In this document: positions 19,928-28,297 of the stretch, one piece after another
Numbering within the stretch: the stretch's first letter is position 1
Layout of the letters: every line of letters begins with the position of its first letter
NCBI GenBank assembly: GCA_034722955.1
Contig: JAYEOM010000085.1
Location: 1 to 38,175, forward strand
Length of the DNA: 38,175 nucleotides
From: Campylobacterota bacterium
GTDB taxonomy: Bacteria > Campylobacterota > Campylobacteria > Campylobacterales > Sulfurovaceae
Direction of reading: 5' to 3'
Made by a program: the position numbers and the translations under genes
Notes under the pieces: model-generated
Database searches by the model: none
Told to the model about the DNA's origin: nothing
Seen by the model: the letters and a program-made list of their open reading frames with translations, nothing else

Positions 19928-20848
19928 CTATTTCGCAATCTCTGGAGTGATGCCGGTCAATGATTTTAAAAATAGAACAATATCATCTATCTCATGAGGC
20001 TCTATATCTCGACCCAATTGATATTGGGACATAAATACGATAGCTTTGCGGAGATCATCTATCCGTCCATCATGCATATATGGTGAAGTGAGTTCTATAT
20101 TCCGCAAAGATGGAACTTTGAAAAGATATTTATCCTCTTCTCGTTTTGTCACATTGTATCGTCCCAAGTTTCTACTCTTTGCATCTTCATAAATACCAAA
20201 TTTATTGTAGAGGTTGCCACCAACATTTACACCATGGTGACAGATAATACACCCTTTTGAGACAAAGATCTGATACCCTTTTTTTGCCTTTGGGCTTATC
20301 GCCTCCTTGTCCCCCCTCAAATATTTGTCAAAAGGAGCATCAGGTGTAGTCAGGGCTTTTTCAAATTCAGCAATTGCATCGATGATATTCTCTATGGTGA
20401 TACCATCACTATAGACTTTGTCAAAACTTTTTGTGTAGTGACCACTTCTCTTTATACTCTCAGTGGCACCCTCCAGACTATGCCCCATCTCTACAGGATT
20501 TTCGATAGGACCTTTCGCCTGCTCTTTCAGATCCTTGGCACGCCCATCCCAAAACTGACGGAAATTAAAAATACTATTATATACTGTAGGTGCATTGATA
20601 CTCCCCTCTTGTCCATTGATACCAAATGAAAATTTGAGATTATCATCACCGCCATTTTTGAGATCATGACAAGTAGAGCAAGAGATAGTGCCATCTCTGG
20701 AGAGGAGGGGATCAAAAAATAACTTTTTCCCCAATAGTGCCTTTGGCATATCAACTTCTATACTATGGGGGATCGGCTTTATCAAAACAGATGCATATAC
20801 TATTTTAAAGAAGAGAGCTATAATAGTAATATTTTTAACAATTTTCAC
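19928..20848 (-). CDS. Di-haem cytochrome c peroxidase (bCcP/MauG family)
   Basis: CSTCH and CIICH haem sites, plus LGKKLFFDPLLS, NAPTVYN, QFWDGRA, Q..GPIENPVEM and FKVPSLRNIELTSPYMHDG. Confidence 0.94.
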   Translation of the reverse strand: MKIVKNITIIALFFKIVYASVLIKPIPHSIEVDMPKALLGKKLFFDPLLSRDGTISCSTCHDLKNGGDDNLKFSFGINGQEGSINAPTVYNSIFNFRQFWDGRAKDLKEQAKGPIENPVEMGHSLEGATESIKRSGHYTKSFDKVYSDGITIENIIDAIAEFEKALTTPDAPFDKYLRGDKEAISPKAKKGYQIFVSKGCIICHHGVNVGGNLYNKFGIYEDAKSRNLGRYNVTKREEDKYLFKVPSLRNIELTSPYMHDGRIDDLRKAIVFMSQYQLGRDIEPHEIDDIVLFLKSLTGITPEIAK

Positions 20849-20863
20849 GATATCTCCATTTTG

Positions 20864-21715
20864 TTAAAGTTCGATACAGGTACCTACACCTGAGCTAGTC
20901 AATATCTCTAGTAGAAGTGAATGCTCCACTCTCCCATCTATAATATGTGCTTTCTTTACACCACCTCGCACAGCTTCGATACATGCATCTACCTTTGGTA
21001 CCATTCCACCATGTATTGTACCATCTTTTTTGAGAGCTTCACTCCTCTCTATATCCAAGTTGGTTATCAATGTTTCGCTCCTATCCAAGATACCCTCTGT
21101 ATCTGTCAAGAAGAGTATTTTGCGAGCCTGAAGTGCTATAGCTATCTGACTTGCAGCTAGATCAGCGTTGATATTGAAACCGGGGTGTCCTACCATACTA
21201 CTCGAAGCGATAGGGGCGATCACAGGGACAAACCCGTCATTGATGATATTGTCTACTATCTGACTATTGACATTTTCTATCACTCCTGTATAGCCAAAGT
21301 TTTCAAAATCTTTAGGTCGTGCTTCTAAAAAATTGGCATCCTTGCCAGAGATACCGATCGACTTTCCGCTATGATTGTTGAGTAGTGAGACTATCTCTTT
21401 GTTGATCTCACCACTCAACACCATCTCTACTACACGCATCACCTCTTTGGTTGTTACCCGTTGACCATCTACAAACTGACTCTCTATACCCAAATCTGCG
21501 AGAAGATCAGTGATGCTCTTGCCACCACCATGTACAACTATAGGCTTCATACCTACAGTATGCAGCAGTACGATATCCTGTGCGAACTTCTCTTTGAGAG
21601 AGGCACTAGTCTGTGCAGAACCACCATACTTGATAACGATCTTCTCATTATGAAATTTTTTTATAAAGGGTAGAGCATCCAGTAGTGTTTTGACGACACT
21701 GTTTTTATGTTTCAT
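20864..21715 (-). CDS. argB: Acetylglutamate kinase
   Basis: VIKYGG, VVHGGG, GQRVT, NINAD, GGMVPKV and HIIDGRVEHSLLLE. Confidence 0.98.
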   Translation of the reverse strand: MKHKNSVVKTLLDALPFIKKFHNEKIVIKYGGSAQTSASLKEKFAQDIVLLHTVGMKPIVVHGGGKSITDLLADLGIESQFVDGQRVTTKEVMRVVEMVLSGEINKEIVSLLNNHSGKSIGISGKDANFLEARPKDFENFGYTGVIENVNSQIVDNIINDGFVPVIAPIASSSMVGHPGFNINADLAASQIAIALQARKILFLTDTEGILDRSETLITNLDIERSEALKKDGTIHGGMVPKVDACIEAVRGGVKKAHIIDGRVEHSLLLEILTSSGVGTCIEL

Positions 21716-21718
21716 TCG

Positions 21719-22630
21719 TTAATTCTCCATTTCTATTTTATATCTATCTATAGCTTCAGATATTTTACTATCAATATTTAATTTTAGTTTCATTATAGAG
21801 AGTGGTAATTTAAAGCCACTCATCTTTACAGCATCTTTTTCTGTCACCAAGATAGAGTCTGCAGCGTTTGTATCCATCAGCACTCTGATCTCTGCCTCAT
21901 CAAAATAGGCATGATCGGGTAGATAGTGTTTAGCTACAACTCCTTTGGGCAGGTAGGAGTCCAGCCTCTCGGGATGAGAGATGGCAGTAACCAAAAGCAT
22001 CTTTGGGCTTAGGTCAGAAAAACTCACCTCTCGATAGAAATCTCTACTCTCTTTAAGCAGTAGATCGGCATATCTTCCGATAAATGAAAATTCACGAAAT
22101 GGTCCAGCAGGAAATGGCAATCTATTTGCAACTCTTTTGGGCTCTAGTAAAATATCAAACTTATCGATATCTACACGGTTAAATCCGTCATCAAGAATAA
22201 TCTGCTTCGCTCCTCTGCTTATAGCTTTTTTGATCGCAACTTTACGATCTTCACTGACTATCACACTGCATTGAGGCAGTGATTTTGCCATCAGCATAGC
22301 CTCATCTCCACTCTGCTCAACAGTTGTCAGGATTTGACCATCAAGGCTCACTTCGACCGATCCACTACTCTTGCGACCGTATCCCCTAGAGATGATAGTC
22401 GTATGGGGATAACGCAGTGCCAATGCGATGACAAATGGTGTCTTGCCACTCCCTCCCACGATGAGATTGCCAACACTTATGATGGGGAGAGGATATAGTT
22501 CTCTTTGTGTCGCAATCCGCCGCAATCCCATGAGAGTGCCATATAGTAGTGAAAATGGCAACAGTAGAGGGATCAAGCTGAGGTGATATGGTTCAGGAGC
22601 AAAAAAAAGTTTCTCAAAAAATGCTCTCAT
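21719..22630 (-). CDS. lpxK: Tetraacyldisaccharide 4'-kinase
   Basis: SVGNLIVGGSGKTP, SRGYGR, GDEA, LDDGF, PAGPFRE, PDH and VTEKDAVK. Confidence 0.97.
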   Translation of the reverse strand: MRAFFEKLFFAPEPYHLSLIPLLLPFSLLYGTLMGLRRIATQRELYPLPIISVGNLIVGGSGKTPFVIALALRYPHTTIISRGYGRKSSGSVEVSLDGQILTTVEQSGDEAMLMAKSLPQCSVIVSEDRKVAIKKAISRGAKQIILDDGFNRVDIDKFDILLEPKRVANRLPFPAGPFREFSFIGRYADLLLKESRDFYREVSFSDLSPKMLLVTAISHPERLDSYLPKGVVAKHYLPDHAYFDEAEIRVLMDTNAADSILVTEKDAVKMSGFKLPLSIMKLKLNIDSKISEAIDRYKIEMEN

Positions 22631-22645
22631 ACGACACTGATCACT

Positions 22646-23782
22646 TTAGATGTGTACCTTTGCTATACTCTTGACAGTTTTGCATATATAGTCTACCTCT
22701 TCATCCTTCATTGCACTATAGATGGGAAGGGACATAACCTTTTGATAGACACCCAATGCTACAGGAAAGTCAAAAACTTTAAGAGTATATTTTTTCTTGT
22801 AGTAGTCCATAAAGTGCAGAGGTATATAGTGCAGACCTATATTGATGCCAGCCTTTTTCAACTCTCTTGCAAAGTGGTCACGGTTTTTGTCGATCTCTAT
22901 AATAAAATGACGAAATACATGCTCTTCTCCTGCTGTAGGCAGCTTGACATGTGCAACACCTTTGAGTTGCTTGATATATCTATTTGCAATAGATTTTCGT
23001 CTCTCGATACTGCTATCTAGCTTTTCAAACTGAGCTAAACAGAATGATGCATTCAACTCACTCAAATCATACTTCCAGCCAATATCAACAACATCATAAA
23101 GGTAATCTACCTGATCATAAGCAGCACCTTTTTCATTACTGATGGCATGTGTACGGAAGAGTTTAGCGCGGTCGTATAGAGTTTTGTTATTGGTGACAAA
23201 CATCCCTCCTTGGACGAGACTCTTGCTCAAATGCGGTGCAAAACTATAAGTCGTAATATCAGCATTGCCGTTGCCTATCTTTTTACCTTTGTATCTCACT
23301 CCCATCGCATCGCTGGCATCTTCGATTACTTTGATATTGTGAGATTTTGCGATAGCGTAAAGTCTGTCGAGATCAGTTGTCTCTCCTGCCATATGGTTGA
23401 TGATGACTGCTCGAAGTTTTTTGCTTCTGTTTTGGGAGAGGACTTGATCTAGCTTGTTGAGGTCTATATTGTAACTCTCCGCTTCACAATCAACAAAGAT
23501 CGGCTCTGCATCAAAGTGGCGAACAACTTCAGGCAGATCAGGAAAGCTATTGACACTGCAAACAACTTTGTCACCTCTCTTGAGATCAAGTGCACACATC
23601 GCTAAGTGGAGTGCTGAAGTCCCACTGCTTATCGCTAGTACATACTCTGCTCCGATATACTCTCGAAAACTTTTCTCTAGAGCTAAGACTTTGGATTCGC
23701 CCTCTAGGCTCAAAACCTCTTCGATATAACGCCTCTCCACATCATTGATCAGTGGCTTATAAAATGGTATCTCTTTTGACAT
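22646..23782 (-). CDS. DegT/DnrJ/EryC1/StrS sugar aminotransferase family protein with atypical PLP motifs
   Basis: SSGTSALHLA, GAEP-like DAEPIFVD, IEDA, GWKY, G.HYIP.H and SLPIY. The PLP-Lys region reads SFAPHLSK. Confidence 0.9.
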   Translation of the reverse strand: MSKEIPFYKPLINDVERRYIEEVLSLEGESKVLALEKSFREYIGAEYVLAISSGTSALHLAMCALDLKRGDKVVCSVNSFPDLPEVVRHFDAEPIFVDCEAESYNIDLNKLDQVLSQNRSKKLRAVIINHMAGETTDLDRLYAIAKSHNIKVIEDASDAMGVRYKGKKIGNGNADITTYSFAPHLSKSLVQGGMFVTNNKTLYDRAKLFRTHAISNEKGAAYDQVDYLYDVVDIGWKYDLSELNASFCLAQFEKLDSSIERRKSIANRYIKQLKGVAHVKLPTAGEEHVFRHFIIEIDKNRDHFARELKKAGINIGLHYIPLHFMDYYKKKYTLKVFDFPVALGVYQKVMSLPIYSAMKDEEVDYICKTVKSIAKVHI

Positions 23783-23858
23783 AATAACTCTTTTAATATA
23801 TAAATTTTAAAATAGTTTAATTATACACTCTTTTCCTAAAAGAAAAACCAATGATCAG

Positions 23859-24677
23859 CTATTTGCAAACTTTTGCACCAAGCCTCAATAGTTCATGGCA
23901 GGAAAAACCTGCCTCTTTGCGTGCTTCTACATTGAGATGTGGACGGTGTTTATCTATCAATAGATATGATTTCAAGATCTCCATATAGGTTGGTTCGACA
24001 TCGAGTTTGCGGAGTTCACAGAGATATCGAAACCACTTGTCCCCTTTGTGAACATGCACAATCTCCTCATCATATATGATATTTAGCATATTTATCAAGC
24101 GGTTGATATTGGGAATCTTTCTTCTGTTCTCCAGCTTTTTGACAATCTGAGGATTGACATCCAAACCACTCGCCTCATAATAGCGAGGTATGACTGCCAT
24201 ACGGTCGAGAATATCCCCTGCTGTGTGTCTACTAGCATCAAAAAGTCCACTATGCACCGGAAAGTCACCATAATCATATCCTAAATCTTGCAACAACTCA
24301 TGCAGCATTTTGAAGTGACGGATCTCATCATCAGCAACCTCCAGCCAATCTATCTTGTACTCTATAGGCATCTGCGGATATCGGTAGACTGCATCGAGTG
24401 CCAAATCAATAGCAGAGTATTCGATATGAGCAATAGCATGTACCAGTGTAGCCAGCCCCTCTGTAGTATCAAAATCTTTCCTAGATGGAAGCTCTCTAGG
24501 ATCAACTATTTTACAAAATGAGGAGTAGGATGGCTCTTTGAAGAGTTCAGGAGTGAAGCTTTCGTTGTACTCCACACTATTTTGGGTGCAGTGAACCAAA
24601 CACTTGGCAGTATATTTCTCTTTGAGATCTATCTCATTACTATTGATCGCTGTTTCTAAAAGTGCATAAAAATTCAT
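23859..24677 (-). CDS. Ferritin-like domain protein (DUF455)
   Basis: HAIAHIEYSAIDLALD, DEIRHF, YGDFPVH, EASGLDVNP, EEIVHVHKGDKWF and N.EARKEAGF. Confidence 0.92.
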   Translation of the reverse strand: MNFYALLETAINSNEIDLKEKYTAKCLVHCTQNSVEYNESFTPELFKEPSYSSFCKIVDPRELPSRKDFDTTEGLATLVHAIAHIEYSAIDLALDAVYRYPQMPIEYKIDWLEVADDEIRHFKMLHELLQDLGYDYGDFPVHSGLFDASRHTAGDILDRMAVIPRYYEASGLDVNPQIVKKLENRRKIPNINRLINMLNIIYDEEIVHVHKGDKWFRYLCELRKLDVEPTYMEILKSYLLIDKHRPHLNVEARKEAGFSCHELLRLGAKVCK

Positions 24678-24902
24678 AGAGATATTATAGTATATGCAGA
24701 TTAAAATCCAAGTCTTGATTCTATCTTTTGAAGATCAAATCAAGAAAAATCTTTGTATCTACAAAAATCTTGGGTACAATACGCCAAACATTTGGGCTCA
24801 ACAGTATACTTCTCTTTGAGATCTATCTCACTGCTTGATGATATCTGTACCTAATCCCGAAATATTTATGGAGATACTATTAATATGCAGATTAAAATCC
24901 AA
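24596..24902. repeat. Degenerate direct duplication (about 115-120 bp, about 190-bp spacing) of the divergent DUF455/MBL gene junction
   Basis: 24608-24636 matches 24802-24830 at 28/29 positions. ATGCAGATTAAAATCCAA is identical at 24694-24711 and 24885-24902. Confidence 0.9.
24684..24689 (-). promoter_or_regulatory. TATAAT -10 box 6 nt upstream of the DUF455 ATG (putative leaderless transcript)
   Basis: The minus strand reads TATAAT-ATCTCT-ATG with no Shine-Dalgarno sequence. Confidence 0.6.
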
Positions 24903-25499
24903 CCAATGGGTTCACACCAAACAAACTGTTACATCGCCTCTATCCCTATCGATGGCAAAGATAGAGACTTTATCATCGATCCCGGTGTCGGTGCCACAAA
25001 GTGGGTTCTTGCTAATGTAACAAATCCTATAGCTATACTCAATACGCATGGTCATTTTGACCATGTCTGGAGTAATGCAGAGATCAAAAAAGAGTTAAAT
25101 ATCCCTATCTACATCCCCAAGGGGGATGCCTTCATGCTCCTAAATGACCCATTTGGTCAAGGCACTCCCTCTAGTGAACCTGACTATTTGGTAGATGGAG
25201 ATGAGAGTTTGGAGCTTGATGGAGTATCGATCAAGTTTCGACACTTCCCCGGTCATACACCCGGATGCAGTATCATAGAGATAGGTGATGTGTGGTTTAG
25301 TGGTGATTTTCTATTTCAACAATCTATCGGTAGATGGGACTTTCCATACTCTAGTGGTGAAGATATGGTCAAGAGTCTAGAGAGAGCATCCACTATCAGA
25401 GAGGATTTCACCCTCTATCCTGGACATGGACTCACTACAACACTCAGAGGTGAACAGGCAATCATGCCGTACTGGATAGAGCAAGTTAAAAGAGGTTAG
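24885..25499 (+). CDS. MBL-fold metallo-hydrolase (glyoxalase II/YcbL-like)
   Basis: TNCY, IIDPG, THGHFDH, PGHTPG, FSGDFLF..SIGRWD and YPGHG. Confidence 0.95.
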   Translation: MQIKIQPMGSHQTNCYIASIPIDGKDRDFIIDPGVGATKWVLANVTNPIAILNTHGHFDHVWSNAEIKKELNIPIYIPKGDAFMLLNDPFGQGTPSSEPDYLVDGDESLELDGVSIKFRHFPGHTPGCSIIEIGDVWFSGDFLFQQSIGRWDFPYSSGEDMVKSLERASTIREDFTLYPGHGLTTTLRGEQAIMPYWIEQVKRG

Positions 25500-25529
25500 A
25501 GACTGTGCAAATACTTTTATCTTTCAGGA

Positions 25530-25546
25530 GTAGGGACTTCAGTCCC
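25530..25546 (+). repeat. GTAG-type REP-like palindrome
   Basis: GTAG overlapping GGGACT-TC-AGTCCC in an intergenic region. Single clear copy in the window. Confidence 0.5.
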
Positions 25547-25645
25547 GTAAATAATCTCCCACTGTATGGTAAAGTCCAAGCTTCAGCAGCAAAGAGATGG
25601 AAGTTCTTTTGCGGTCTTGGTAGATATATAACAAAGGAGATAGAG

Positions 25646-26125
25646 ATGAATAGATATTTTAGAATAGCAACAATAGCATATCTGGTACTGCTGGGTATGA
25701 CTCTTGGGGCTGGGCTTTTTGCCGGGATTGTTGTGGCACCTGTGACTTTCCATACAGAGCAGTGGCTAGGTGATGCTCTGTTGAGTCACTACCAAGAGGG
25801 GCTGATCATGACACAGAGTTTTGTCAAGCTTGCTTATCTTGTGGATTTTACACTCTTTGCTATCTTTCTGTATGAGGGGTATAAGTATAAGAAGTTTGAG
25901 AGAGATACGATCACTCAAGTTGCGACTTTTTTTGTCTTTGCTACCGGTTTGCTATTTTCGCACTACTATATCCCGGATATACTTACGATGCAGATGGCAG
26001 GTGAGGCGATGACGCAGAGTGACGCATTTCTTAATACCCATAAAGGCTCAGAGATCAACTATAAAATATTCTCATTGGCACTCTTGGTGTTGATGGTTCG
26101 CAATATGCAAAAAGCTTGCAGATAG
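25646..26125 (+). CDS. DUF4149 family membrane protein
   Basis: Four TM helices with G.VVAPVTF, EG.IMT..F and F...HKGSE. Start moved to ATG 25646 (AAGGAG RBS). Confidence 0.82.
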   Translation: MNRYFRIATIAYLVLLGMTLGAGLFAGIVVAPVTFHTEQWLGDALLSHYQEGLIMTQSFVKLAYLVDFTLFAIFLYEGYKYKKFERDTITQVATFFVFATGLLFSHYYIPDILTMQMAGEAMTQSDAFLNTHKGSEINYKIFSLALLVLMVRNMQKACR

Positions 26126-26150
26126 CTATATGCATGGGGAGTAGGCAGTA

Positions 26151-26645
26151 GTGAGCAGTAAAGAGTTAGAGCATCCGTTTGACCCGATCATTTTCAACGA
26201 TACTGAGATTTTGATATTGGGGTCTTTCCCTAGTGTCAAATCATTTGAGAACAACTTCTATTATGCACATCCCCAAAATCAGTTCTGGAAGATACTCTCT
26301 GCTGTGACAGGGTATCCGGCCAATACTAGAGATCAGCGTATATGGCTGCTCAAGGAGGCAAAACTTGGACTGTGGGATATGATCCGTCTCTGTCGTAGGG
26401 AGAGTTCACTAGATAGTAGCCTCATGGATGAAGAGGTCAATGATATTGCTGCTTTTCTCGAAGAGCATTCGACTATTAGAAAGGTCGCTTTTACAGGGCG
26501 TAAATCAGAGGCACTATTTGATCTGAATTTTGGTTATTTGGAGATAGAGAGGGTCTATCTGCCATCCCCATCGTCAGCATATGCAAAGATGAATATTCAA
26601 GATAAGATACTACTCTATTGTGAAAAGTTAGAGATTGGAAATTAG
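26151..26645 (+). CDS. Hypoxanthine/deoxyinosine-DNA glycosylase (UDG family 6)
   Basis: LILGSFPS..S....YYAHPQNQFW, GLWD, SLDS and LPSPSSA. Confidence 0.9.
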   Translation: MSSKELEHPFDPIIFNDTEILILGSFPSVKSFENNFYYAHPQNQFWKILSAVTGYPANTRDQRIWLLKEAKLGLWDMIRLCRRESSLDSSLMDEEVNDIAAFLEEHSTIRKVAFTGRKSEALFDLNFGYLEIERVYLPSPSSAYAKMNIQDKILLYCEKLEIGN

Positions 26646-26699
26646 GATTTTTACCATGCACACTATTTGTAAGTTATATATCTGCTTGGAGACTCTCTG

Positions 26700-27524
26700 A
26701 TGGTTTGGGCGATAGGAGATATACAGGGGTGCTACAAGCCACTCAAGGCACTACTGAAAAAGATAGAGTTCAATCCAAAAAAAGATAGACTCTGGATCGC
26801 AGGTGATCTAGTCAATCGTGGAGAGGGATCGCTAGAGACTCTGCGTTATCTCTACACTATTCGAGATAGTATAGTGGTAGTACTTGGCAACCACGATATA
26901 GCTCTCATCGCTGCCTATCTGGGTCTCAAAAAGAGCAATCCATCCATAGATCCTATCCTGGATGCACCAGACGCCAAGATACTTATAGAGTGGCTCAGAT
27001 CACAAAGATTTCTCCATATCGATACTGATCTTGGATACTGCATGTCGCATGCAGGTATCTCTCCGGAGTTTGATCTTGAGATGGCAAGCTACTATGCCAG
27101 CAGAGTTGAAGAGAAGTTGCATAGTGATGATTATCAGGAGTGGCTACCCCTGATGTTTGACAAAGGCTTGGATCACTTCGACCCCAAAAGCAGTGATATA
27201 GAGATAGAGCGGTATACACTATCCTCATTTATCCGTATGAGATACTGCTATGATGATGGCAGATTGGAGTTCAAACAAAAGGGCAAACCAAGTCAACTCT
27301 TGCTGAAGGAGTATGGTTTGCGACCTTGGTTTGAGTCTCCCAAACGCAAAAAGATCAAACCCAAGATCATATTCGGACACTGGTCTACACTAGGTTACTA
27401 CAGTGACAAAAGAGTGTGTTGTCTGGATACTGGGTGTGTCTGGAGTGGTACGATGAGTGCTATGTCCCTAGATAGCAATCGTGAAAAAGTTGTAGATGTT
27501 GTGTGTGAAAACTTGGTCGATTGA
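26700..27524 (+). CDS. apaH: Symmetrical bis(5'-nucleosyl)-tetraphosphatase
   Basis: GDIQGC, GDLVNRG, LGNHD, HAGI, RMR, FGHWS and LDTGCVW. Confidence 0.96.
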   Translation: MVWAIGDIQGCYKPLKALLKKIEFNPKKDRLWIAGDLVNRGEGSLETLRYLYTIRDSIVVVLGNHDIALIAAYLGLKKSNPSIDPILDAPDAKILIEWLRSQRFLHIDTDLGYCMSHAGISPEFDLEMASYYASRVEEKLHSDDYQEWLPLMFDKGLDHFDPKSSDIEIERYTLSSFIRMRYCYDDGRLEFKQKGKPSQLLLKEYGLRPWFESPKRKKIKPKIIFGHWSTLGYYSDKRVCCLDTGCVWSGTMSAMSLDSNREKVVDVVCENLVD

Positions 27525-27532
27525 GATAGTTA

Positions 27533-27541
27533 TGCTAAAAT
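27533..27541 (+). promoter_or_regulatory. Putative extended -10 promoter for the hydrolase-murF unit
   Basis: TGCTAAAAT, 27 nt upstream of ATG 27569. Confidence 0.5.
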
Positions 27542-27568
27542 ATTCAAAACTATAAGAAACGGTAGATT

Positions 27569-28294
27569 ATGGCATCAAAAGAGATATCCTATAGAGGGCA
27601 ACACTTTTCACTCTCTTATGAGTTGGTAAACCCTGCAGAGAAAAATGTACTGCTCATACTGCATGGATGGGGTAGCAGCAAAGAGATCATGAAGCAAGCA
27701 TTTGGCAATAGCTTAGATGAGTACAAACATATCTATATCGATATGCCAGGTTTTGGCAAGAGTAGTTGTGATATGGTTTTGACTACAGAGGATTATGCCA
27801 ATATAGTGACACTTTTTCTAGAGAAGATAGGAGCAAAACCCCAGATAGCTATGGGACACTCCTTTGGAGGGAAGGTTTCGACACTTCTCCATACTCCCTG
27901 TCTCGTACTCCTCTCCTCCTCGGGTATATTGGTTCCCAAGGTGTTTGCAGTAAGAGCAAAAATAGCTATATTTAAAATACTCAAACCCTTTGGATTGGAA
28001 AGATTGCATCAATTTTTCATAAGTGATGATGCCAAAGGGATGAGTCAAGTGATGTATGAAACATTTAAAAATGTAGTCAATGAAGATTTTGAAAGCAACT
28101 TCGCGGCTACACAGAGCAGAGCTCTGCTATTTTGGGGCAAAGAGGATACTGCTACGCCATTATGGAGTGCCCAGAAGATCGTCACACTGATAAAAGATAG
28201 CACTCTCTACCCACTAGAGGGTGACCACTTCTTTTTTCTCAAGCATAGCGAATTTATCGCTCAAACTATCTCTACTACTTGTAAGGAGAACTAA
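27569..28294 (+). CDS. Alpha/beta-fold hydrolase
   Basis: LHGWG oxyanion motif, DMPGFG, nucleophile elbow GHSFGG, WGKEDTATP and GDHF. Confidence 0.93.
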   Translation: MASKEISYRGQHFSLSYELVNPAEKNVLLILHGWGSSKEIMKQAFGNSLDEYKHIYIDMPGFGKSSCDMVLTTEDYANIVTLFLEKIGAKPQIAMGHSFGGKVSTLLHTPCLVLLSSSGILVPKVFAVRAKIAIFKILKPFGLERLHQFFISDDAKGMSQVMYETFKNVVNEDFESNFAATQSRALLFWGKEDTATPLWSAQKIVTLIKDSTLYPLEGDHFFFLKHSEFIAQTISTTCKEN

Positions 28295-28297
28295 CTT

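Noticed and set aside
25505..25645. 47-aa N-terminal extension of the DUF4149 ORF
   Set aside because: The RBS and hydrophobic profile support ATG 25646, and the extension runs through the REP-like spacer.
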